Below, one piece after another: positions 9,160 to 18,400 of a DNA stretch of 62,754 nt. The notes below the pieces were generated by a model. That model was not told where the DNA came from. It was given only the letters and a program-made list of their open reading frames with translations, and searched no databases. Where the stretch lies: IMG/VR virus record IMGVR_UViG_3300012936_000011, positions 1 to 62,754 of that record; one strand, given 5' to 3'. The DNA comes from a virus (lineage: Duplodnaviria > Caudoviricetes). The first letter of the stretch is position 1; every line of letters begins with the position of its first letter. The translations under genes were made by a program, and so were the position numbers.

Positions 9160-12100
9160 ATGGCTGAATTTAAGATTGATCGAATTAGGTTTAGATGGAC
9201 AGGCAATTGGCAAACCGCTAAACAATACATCAAAGACGACATAGTTGCGTATGGTGGTAAAACATTTGTTTGTTTAAATGGACATACTTCTGATCCAGAT
9301 TTTTACATTGATTACTTAAACGCAAGTTTACCTAAATGGACACAGATGACAGATGGTTATCAGTGGGTAGATCAATGGACACCAGGAACTTATTACAAAG
9401 TAAATGATATTGTACGTTATGGTGGACAAGTTTATTCAGCAATCGTAGGACATTCAGCAGACAATTATTCACCACCTTCATCAATTACAGAATATGCTGT
9501 AACTATTGGTTATGACAGTGGTGCAGTTACTGATACAGGTTTTGCACAATCACCAACAGGTGCAATTTTCCTTAATGGTACAGAAAGAAATATTGTTACT
9601 TTAAGAAGAGGACATACTTACGATTTTGATCAAGGTGATGCAACTAACGTAAACTTTGGTGGACAAGAACACCCATTAGCATTTAGTAAGTATGAAGATG
9701 GTGACAAACACGAAACTCCGCTAATTGATTATTACACAGACGGACTTACATATTACTTAGACGGTATTGAGACTACTGAAGCAGTTTACCTAAGTACATT
9801 TTCAGCGGCATCAGATAGAAAAATTAGATGGACAATTCCGCAAAATGCACCAGATAAGATTTGGTATTTTGACAGAACTCCAAATAGTAAAGACAAAGGA
9901 AATTATTTAAACATTGAAGATGGTGGAGCAATTGGTACAACTGATTTCGGAAACTGGAAACTTGTTGCAACAGATAATAACTGGAGATTTGATTGGCATC
10001 CACAAGTAATTTATAGAATTGGTGATGTTGTCAAATACGGCGGTATACTTTATCGTTGTTTGACAGAACACACTTCTTCTACTACAGTTGCAGGACTTGA
10101 ACTAAATCTTTCAAACTGGACCGTTGTTACAAGATCGGATCAATGGTTAGGTGATTGGCAACCACGTACAAGATATAAAGCAGATGATGTTGTAAGGTAT
10201 GGCGGTATTACATATCGTTGTATTACAGGACATTTAAGTTCTAATGATGATGCACTTGGCTTAGAAGAAGATAGTACAAGTTGGGAAATTTTTGTTAGTG
10301 GTATAGAATATAAAGAACACTGGATTCCAAGTAGAGACATGAGTGTTGAAACAATTAGTGGCGGTGTTGTAACTATTTCTAATCATGCACTATCAAATGG
10401 TGATTTAATTCAATATACTACTGATGGTACAGCAGGCACAGGTTTAACAGACAATAATTATTATTATGCAAGACTTGTTGACGGCAACACTTTTAAATTA
10501 TATCGTAAAAAAGTAGAAGCACTTGCAGATAGAAATAATTTAAATGTTGAAGGTGGAACAGGCAACGAAATTTTCATTAAAAAAGAAAAATACAAAAAAG
10601 GTGACATTGTAAGATATGGTCCAAGTATGTGGTATTGTGATACAGGTCACAATTCAACAACTACTTTTGCTGAAAGTTTCTTTTCAATTTGGTTACCAGG
10701 TTACGAATACGAACAACAATGGACAGAATTAGAAACATATCAACCGGGTGATATTGTTAAGTATGGTGGATACAGTTATACTGCATTAACAATTAATACA
10801 AATAGTGCGCCAAGTGTAAATGGTATTACACAAGACACAGGTGATTGGGAACTTACTACTCAAGGTTATAGAATGGGTGGACAGGTTAACCAAAATCCAG
10901 ACTTACAAGAAGAAGCATCATATTGGGATATTAGCACAGCATATTTGACTGGTGATGTTGTAAGATTTGGTGGATACCTATACATTGCTTTACGTGATAA
11001 CACAGGCAGTGAGCCAGATGATCAATTACAAACAGTTCAAGTACAAATTACTGTTGGTAATTCAGGATCAGGTAACAAATATTATGTTGATGGAGTTGAA
11101 AACGGAAGCATTAGTATTAATGAAGGTAACACTTATAGATTTATTCAAGATGATGCAAGTAACGTAACACATCCGTTGTATCTAAGTACAACAAGAAACG
11201 GACATCATGATGGCGGTAATTACAATTACGTTGAAAACGGTTTATCATATTGGTTAGATGGTGTACAGGTTGCAGACTTTGCGGCATATGTTTCAGGATT
11301 TAATGCGGCTACTTCAAGATATGTACAATGGATTGTACCAAGAGATGCATATAAAGCAAATTACTTTGTATGTGCTAATCATAATGCAATGTACAACCTT
11401 GGAACTATTACAACTGTATATTCAAATAACTATTGGCAAATTTTAATTGACGGTGATAGATTTAGAGGTAACTGGTCAGAAACAGTAATTGTTAATGCAT
11501 CTCCTGTAACAAATAATTATTACTTAGGTGATATTGTTACATACGCTGGTACATTATATCGTTGTATAAAAAGACATCCTGCATCAAATTCAGGATCACG
11601 TCCAGACTTAGATCCAGCATACACAAATGAAGATTTTTGGCAAGTAGTCATTCAAGGTGGTAACAATAACGTATTACACTACGAAGGTGATATTAGAACA
11701 CACGATGGTACAGATCATGTAAGACTTGGTATAGGTAATCCAGGTGACGCATTAAAAGTAATGGCAAATGATGACCTTAACTGGGAATCATTAGAAAAAA
11801 CAGATAAAGTTTATTTTGTATCTCCAGATGGTATTGATGCAAACACAGCAGGTAGAGGACTATCACAAACATCACCATTTAAAACAATCAAGTATGCTTG
11901 TAACTACATTTTAGAAGATCAAGGAACAAGAGCACCTGCAACAATTCTTGTTAAGACAGGACGCTACCAAGAAATTTGTCCTATAAGTGTACCGGCAAAT
12001 GTTGCTATTGTTGGAGACGAATTACGTTCAACTTTTGTAGAACCTACACCAGAAACTAAAGGTAACGATATGTTCCGAGTACGTAATGGTTGTGGTATTA

Positions 12101-15100
12101 GAAATATGACGTTGTCAGGATTACAAGGTGAGTTTACTGAGCCAGATCAATATTTAATAAAAAGAGTTACTCCAGGAAATGCTTTCGTTGCACTTGATCC
12201 AGGTACAGGACCAGACGATACAAGTGTTTGGGTAACAAGTAAATCAACTTATGTACAAAACGTTTCAACATTTGGTAACAAATGTGTAGGTATGAAAGTT
12301 GATGGAACATTACACAATGGCGGTAATAAATCAATTGTTGCAAACGACTTTACACAAATTATTCAAGATGGTATAGGTTACTGGTGTAACGCAGATGGCT
12401 TATCAGAACTTGTATCGGTGTTTACATATTATTGTTACATAGGTTATCTATGTACTGACGGTGGTAAAGTTAGAGCAACAAACGGTAACAACTCTTATGG
12501 TGAATATGGTTCTGTTGCAATAGGTTACAACTTAGATGAAACTCCTATTTCTGCAAAAATAGACAACTATAGTAAAGAAGCCGAAGTAGCAAAAGTTTAC
12601 AACGATGAAAACAAATTATTTGCTGTAGGATACAGCAACACTGGTACACATTACACAACTGGTACTGTAAATATTACAGGTTCAGGACAAAACGCCGCGG
12701 CCAAATTAACAGAATTTAGAAATGGTTCGGTTACTGAAATTAGAATTACAGATCCAGGTGACTCTTCAAGTGCAGGTGGAGACAATTACACTTACGCAAA
12801 TAACAGAGCACAAGGTGGTAATGAAACAAGTATTCAAATTGCTAACCAAGATGTAAACACTGATGTTTACTATCAAGACAAATTAATTACAATTATTGAA
12901 GGTGAAGGTCGAGGACAATATGCTAAGATTGACACATATGATTGGAACAACGGTGGCGTATTAGGTGTAGCAGTTACAAGTGGAGATGATGCTACATTAA
13001 CTGAAGGTACATATGCTGATATTACACCAACAAGTAGTAGAGCAGATGCAACTGAGCCAACACTTACTATTTCAATTGATGCTTTAGGTGTTGTTACACC
13101 AACAATTACAAATGAAGGTACAGGAAACCAAGAATTAGATACATTAACTATTCAACCAAGCCAAGTAGGTAACACAGGTAATCCGATTGTTTTAAACATT
13201 ACAGCAGTAAGTGCTGGTGACAAAACTGTTACTGTAAAAAGATTAATTGATAATCAACCAGGATGGGAACATTTATTACCAGGTGAACCAATAAAAACTG
13301 TGCTTGATGAAACTACACGTTATGAAATTACATCAAGATTAGAGTTTACTGCTCCAGCATATAGTACAGGTAATGCTACATTACCAACAGGAAGTGCTAT
13401 TGAAGATACAGCGACAAGAATTGTTAATAATAATTATAGAACAGTAATTGTTGGACAAAATACTATTGCATGGACAGAAGATGGTGGAACATTTACTGAA
13501 GCAACAAGTTATCAAGATTTAAATTATGTTGCAGTGTCAAGTGGACAATCACAGTATATGGCAATGGACGCAAATGGTAGACTAAAACAATCTAATGATG
13601 CTTTATCATGGGGCGATGCGGCATCTAACTTATTAAGTTATGGACATACCTTTGTAGACTTAGAATGGGGTAATGGTGTACACATTGCTATTGCATCTGG
13701 TACACAAAACATTTACAGATCAACTAATGAAGCAACAGGTTGGACAGAAGTAAACGCTGGTGTAAGTAATGCAAAATTTATTGCATATGGAAACGGCAAA
13801 TGGATTGTTGCAAACGAAGCAGGCGATACTTGGGAAAGTATTGATGATGGAGCAACTTGGGCATCAGGTGCAGACATTGGTGGTGTACAACATGACGTAC
13901 ATGACTTATGTTTTGGTGCAGGAAGATTTGTTGCGTCAACATTTGATTCACCAAACGATTTATCAACTGTAAATAATAAATTCTTTTACAGTTTCACAGA
14001 TGCAAGTACAGCGGCAAACAATAGTGTTTGGTATGCAGGTTCAGATACAAACGTTGCTGACGCAGTATATATTGATTACTCCATGGGTGTGTTTGTTGGT
14101 ATTACTGAGTCAGGTAATATTATACAATCAGCAGACGGATTGTATTGGGAATCAAAAGGAACACTTGGCGGATCATTTAATGGATTAGCCGCAGGATCAT
14201 ATGGCGATGGACCAGTATTCTTTCCGTTACAATCAGGATCAGTATCAAGCATTAACACAATCAAGACAGGTGCTAAGACAAGAGCAACTATGGACATTGG
14301 CGGTGGTAGAGTAGGTGGATTTATTATTCAAGAGCCTGGATCAGGTTACGGTTCTAATCCTCCAACTATGACAATCATTGACAATGATAATACAAGAAAT
14401 GTAACTTATGATATAAGAATGGCTAACGGAACTGTTGGTCCGATTGAATTTACAAACAGAGGTACAGGTTACCTTAACATTGGTGTTACAGTTACTGGTG
14501 ACGGTTATGCAGACTTGTATCAACTTGGTGATAAAATTGTTGTTAAAGAATTATCAAGAGAACCAGGACCTGGTGATAACTTATACATCACAGGTATTAA
14601 TGATATCTATTATGCTGTACAAGGTGTAACTAACTTAACAGGTAGTGCTCCTAACTTCCAAGCAACACTAACTATTACACCAACAATTGATAGAGCAGAA
14701 TCACCTGAACACGAAACTAATTTAATTATTAGACAAAAATATTCACAGGTTAGATTAACAGGACATGATTTCTTAGAAATTGGTAAAGGTAATTTATATA
14801 CTTCACAGTATCCGTTGCTTACACCAATTGAAGGTTATGACATTAGAGAGTTCCAAGAAACAGAGAACGGTGGTGGTGGTAGAGTATTCTACACAAGTAC
14901 AGACCAAGATGGTAACTTTAGAGTAGGTGAACTATTTAAAGTTGAACAGTCAACTGGTATTGTTTCACTAAATGCAAGTTACTTTGAATTAGATGGACTA
15001 TCAGAATTAAGATTAGGTGGTGTAACACTTGGTGGAACAAACGCTGTTATTAGAGAATTTTCAGTAGATCCTACATTTACTGCAAATAGTAATGAAATTG

Positions 15101-15381
15101 TACCAACACAAAGGGCTATTGCAGGATATATTGACAGTAGAATTAGTGGTGGTGGTACAAACGTTAACGTTAACGCTGTAATCGCTGGTGAAGTAAGAAT
15201 ACAAGGTAACAATATTACTTCAGAAGCAAACAGAAAGATTAACATTACTACACAAATGAACTTCGAAAAACCAGTAGATGGCGATATGGCGGCATTTACG
15301 TATTTCGTACAAGGTACGAACTTTGGATTAGTAGATGAGGGAGATCCTACGACTCCACAAGAGTTCGGGTATGGGAAATAA
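9160..15381 (+). CDS. Giant virion structural/fibre protein: 8 CBM5/12-like repeats, two cupredoxin-like inserts, beta-helix, Asp-box propeller
   Basis: 2073 aa. Repeats of W...Y..(G/D)D.V.YGG..Y.C...H.S; Asp-box motifs (WESIDDGATW, QSADGLYW); C-terminus YSQVRLTGHDFL.IG...GGGRVF.TSTDQDGNFRVG shared with 15424..20529. Confidence 0.8.
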   Translation: MAEFKIDRIRFRWTGNWQTAKQYIKDDIVAYGGKTFVCLNGHTSDPDFYIDYLNASLPKWTQMTDGYQWVDQWTPGTYYKVNDIVRYGGQVYSAIVGHSADNYSPPSSITEYAVTIGYDSGAVTDTGFAQSPTGAIFLNGTERNIVTLRRGHTYDFDQGDATNVNFGGQEHPLAFSKYEDGDKHETPLIDYYTDGLTYYLDGIETTEAVYLSTFSAASDRKIRWTIPQNAPDKIWYFDRTPNSKDKGNYLNIEDGGAIGTTDFGNWKLVATDNNWRFDWHPQVIYRIGDVVKYGGILYRCLTEHTSSTTVAGLELNLSNWTVVTRSDQWLGDWQPRTRYKADDVVRYGGITYRCITGHLSSNDDALGLEEDSTSWEIFVSGIEYKEHWIPSRDMSVETISGGVVTISNHALSNGDLIQYTTDGTAGTGLTDNNYYYARLVDGNTFKLYRKKVEALADRNNLNVEGGTGNEIFIKKEKYKKGDIVRYGPSMWYCDTGHNSTTTFAESFFSIWLPGYEYEQQWTELETYQPGDIVKYGGYSYTALTINTNSAPSVNGITQDTGDWELTTQGYRMGGQVNQNPDLQEEASYWDISTAYLTGDVVRFGGYLYIALRDNTGSEPDDQLQTVQVQITVGNSGSGNKYYVDGVENGSISINEGNTYRFIQDDASNVTHPLYLSTTRNGHHDGGNYNYVENGLSYWLDGVQVADFAAYVSGFNAATSRYVQWIVPRDAYKANYFVCANHNAMYNLGTITTVYSNNYWQILIDGDRFRGNWSETVIVNASPVTNNYYLGDIVTYAGTLYRCIKRHPASNSGSRPDLDPAYTNEDFWQVVIQGGNNNVLHYEGDIRTHDGTDHVRLGIGNPGDALKVMANDDLNWESLEKTDKVYFVSPDGIDANTAGRGLSQTSPFKTIKYACNYILEDQGTRAPATILVKTGRYQEICPISVPANVAIVGDELRSTFVEPTPETKGNDMFRVRNGCGIRNMTLSGLQGEFTEPDQYLIKRVTPGNAFVALDPGTGPDDTSVWVTSKSTYVQNVSTFGNKCVGMKVDGTLHNGGNKSIVANDFTQIIQDGIGYWCNADGLSELVSVFTYYCYIGYLCTDGGKVRATNGNNSYGEYGSVAIGYNLDETPISAKIDNYSKEAEVAKVYNDENKLFAVGYSNTGTHYTTGTVNITGSGQNAAAKLTEFRNGSVTEIRITDPGDSSSAGGDNYTYANNRAQGGNETSIQIANQDVNTDVYYQDKLITIIEGEGRGQYAKIDTYDWNNGGVLGVAVTSGDDATLTEGTYADITPTSSRADATEPTLTISIDALGVVTPTITNEGTGNQELDTLTIQPSQVGNTGNPIVLNITAVSAGDKTVTVKRLIDNQPGWEHLLPGEPIKTVLDETTRYEITSRLEFTAPAYSTGNATLPTGSAIEDTATRIVNNNYRTVIVGQNTIAWTEDGGTFTEATSYQDLNYVAVSSGQSQYMAMDANGRLKQSNDALSWGDAASNLLSYGHTFVDLEWGNGVHIAIASGTQNIYRSTNEATGWTEVNAGVSNAKFIAYGNGKWIVANEAGDTWESIDDGATWASGADIGGVQHDVHDLCFGAGRFVASTFDSPNDLSTVNNKFFYSFTDASTAANNSVWYAGSDTNVADAVYIDYSMGVFVGITESGNIIQSADGLYWESKGTLGGSFNGLAAGSYGDGPVFFPLQSGSVSSINTIKTGAKTRATMDIGGGRVGGFIIQEPGSGYGSNPPTMTIIDNDNTRNVTYDIRMANGTVGPIEFTNRGTGYLNIGVTVTGDGYADLYQLGDKIVVKELSREPGPGDNLYITGINDIYYAVQGVTNLTGSAPNFQATLTITPTIDRAESPEHETNLIIRQKYSQVRLTGHDFLEIGKGNLYTSQYPLLTPIEGYDIREFQETENGGGGRVFYTSTDQDGNFRVGELFKVEQSTGIVSLNASYFELDGLSELRLGGVTLGGTNAVIREFSVDPTFTANSNEIVPTQRAIAGYIDSRISGGGTNVNVNAVIAGEVRIQGNNITSEANRKINITTQMNFEKPVDGDMAAFTYFVQGTNFGLVDEGDPTTPQEFGYGK
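9200..11650 (+). repeat. Eight chitin-binding (CBM5/12-like) peptide repeats interrupted by three inserted domains
   Basis: YIKDDIVAYGG, YKVNDIVRYGG, YRIGDVVKYGG, YKADDVVRYGG, YKKGDIVRYGP, YQPGDIVKYGG, YLTGDVVRFGG, YYLGDIVTYAG. Boundaries approximate. Confidence 0.7.
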
Positions 15382-15388
15382 ACATAAT

Positions 15389-15396
15389 GATAAATA
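15389..15396 (+). promoter_or_regulatory. Late promoter GATAAATA
   Basis: One mismatch to TATAAATA, intergenic. GATAAATA recurs before many genes in this window. Confidence 0.65.
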
Positions 15397-15423
15397 GTAT
15401 TATAATAATGTTAGGAAGCAAAA

Positions 15424-18400
15424 ATGGCTGAATTTAAACTCGGTAGAATTAGATTTATTTGGAAAGGTGCTTGGACATCTGCCAAAGAATACTTCAAAGA
15501 TGACGTAATCCGCTATGGTGGTAGAACTTATATTGTTCAAACAGGCCACATCAGTGGAAATTCTTTCGATGCACAAATCAGCAACTTCAATCTGTTAGCA
15601 GATGGTACAGAATGGAAAGGTACTTGGGCATTATCAACAGTTTATAAACCAAACGATGTTGTTAAGTACGGCGGTCTTCTATACATTGCAAACACAGGAC
15701 ACACTTCAGCATCACTTGCCAGTGACGGACTTGAATTAGATCAAACTAAATGGGATTTATTTGCAGAAGGTTTTGATTGGAAAGGCGAGTGGGGAGTTTC
15801 AGCAAGATACAAAGTAAATGACATTGTACGTTATGGCGGTGTTATGTATCTTTGTACAGAAGAACATACATCGGCGGCAAACCTTGCAGATGGTTTAGAA
15901 TTAGATTCAACTAAATGGGATTTATTTGCAAACGGTTTGACATGGAGAGGTATATGGACAGCAACTACAAGATATAGAGTTGGTGACACAGTACGTTATG
16001 GTGGTCAGGTTTATGTTTGTAACACAGGACATACTGCTGGTGCAACAGACGCAGATGGACTTGAAGCAGATCAAGCAAAGTGGGATTACTTACACAAAGG
16101 TATTGAATACAAAAACGATTGGAACACAGGCGTAAGATACAAAGTAAATGATATCGTCAAGTATGGCGCAGACATTTGGATTTGTACAGCATTCCATACA
16201 TCAGGTGCAACACTTGCGGCTGATGAAAGCAACTGGGCAATTTTTGTTCCAGGATTAGAATTTGAAGATAGTTGGCAGAACAATGTAAACTATCAACCAG
16301 GTGATGTTGTAACTTATGGAGGTTACAGTTATATTGCAATTACAAATAACTATGGAGAAACTCCTTACAACAATGCAACGAACTGGGAATTATTTACAAC
16401 AGGATTTACTTTCCGTGGAAACTATGACAATGCATTTGCTTACAAAGTAGGTGACGTTATACGTTTAGGCGGTTGGACTTACATTGCACTTGCAGACGGT
16501 ACAGGTAACAGACCACCAGACAATGTGTACTGGGATAAACTTAACGAAGGTTTGTTCTGGAAAAGCACATGGCAAGATAATGTTTACTACGACAAAGGTG
16601 ATGTTGTTAGAGGAATCAACAATGTTAACTCTTATGTTTGTGTAGCGGCACATACATCAGAAGATACAGGCGCTGGACAAAATAGACCAGACCAAGATAC
16701 TGCTGGTAACTTTTGGAATTTATTAGCAGGTGGTGCTGAAGTAGGTAACTTAACTACACGTGGTGACCTTGTTTACTACGGTGGTTCAGGTCCAACAAGA
16801 TTACCAGTTGGTGCACCAGGACAAGTATTAAAAGTTAACGAAGCAGGTACGGATCCAGAGTGGGCATACTTTGGTCAAATTGATGCAGTGTATTATACAG
16901 CACTTGACGGTGTTGATGCAGAAGTACCAGCGGCAGGTGTAACACTTGATAAACCTTTTAGAACAGTAAACTTTGGTTTACGTAATATTGAAGAAGGTGC
17001 AAGAAAACCTTATGCAACAAAATTATTAAAAAGAAACAAAGCGTTTATCCAAGACGAAACTATTAGTTGGATTGACACACAAATTGTAAATTCAAGTTCA
17101 CCTTTTACAGGTTCATTTACTTACACAGCGGCAAATTGGCGTAGAGATTTAGGTACATTTATTGATGCACTTATTTGGGATTTGTCACATGGTGGAAACA
17201 GAAAAACAAGAAAAGAAGCACTTGCATATTTTGATGCCGCGGCAGATCAATATTATGTAAGTAACGATGGTGTCACAGCAGAATTTGCGGCGGCACTTAC
17301 TTTTATTACAACTTTAATTGACGATGTAATTACACAAGATGCTCCTGCAACAGATTATCAAGCATTGAGAAGTGTTGCAACACCAACTTTAAGAGTTACA
17401 GATGCTACACTTACAGAAGAATATGATGCACAACAAATACTTGTAAGTCTACGAACTATTGCAACAGCGGCACTAACAGCAGGAAATACAAGCGGTGTAC
17501 CAGCAGAAATAATTGCTAACGACACATTGTTTGTAAAAACAGGATCATTTGCAGAAGTACTTCCAATGGTAATACCAGAAAGTTGTGCAGTTGTGGGTGA
17601 CGAACTACGTTCTACAAAAATTACACCAGCAGGACAATTAACAGGCTCAAGTGATAATACATATTCAATGGCAGGTATTGTACACGCGGCAAGTATTGTA
17701 GATGATATTATTACAAACACTGCAATTACAAGACAAACAGGTAACACAATTACACAAAACGTAGCGGCACCGGCAGGTTCATCGGCGGCTGGAACATATG
17801 CGGCAAATGTTTTAACAGGAATAAAAAATAAAATTGACTTTGTATTAAATGCAAATGGTTCAGATGTAGCCATGACAGGATCTAATACACCAAATAAAAC
17901 AGCAGGATTTACAGATGCTGTTTTAAGAATTGAAGAAAACAAAGAATTAATTGCAGAAGATGTTAACAGATTTATTATTGCTACATATCCTGCTTACACA
18001 GATTATATTTCAGGACCAAATGCAAGTACTTTACAGGCGGCTTGTAAAAGAGACGTAAGAAGATATTTAGAAGCAGTACAGCATGACTTGATTTATACTG
18101 GTAACTACAAAGCACAGAGAGCGGCAGAGCAGTACATTAGAAGTGTAAATGGTTCTACACTTAACGATATGTTCTATGTACGTAACGGAACAGGCTTACG
18201 TAACTGTACAGTACAAGGATTAAATGGTACACTTGGTTCAGTAAACACTTATGGAACTAAACGTCCTACAGCAGGTGCTTATGTATCGTTGGATCCAGGT
18301 TGGGGAACAGCACACGAAGATGTGTGGGTTAAAAACAAATCATGTTATGTACAAAACGTAACAACATTTGGAACAGGATGTATTGGATTAAAAATTGACG

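Noticed and set aside
9200-16730. Regularly spaced repeats as a possible CRISPR array or DGR template/variable repeats
   Set aside because: The repeats are in-frame, protein-level and degenerate at synonymous sites. There are no identical direct repeats with spacers, no adenine-specific mismatches and no reverse transcriptase or cas gene.
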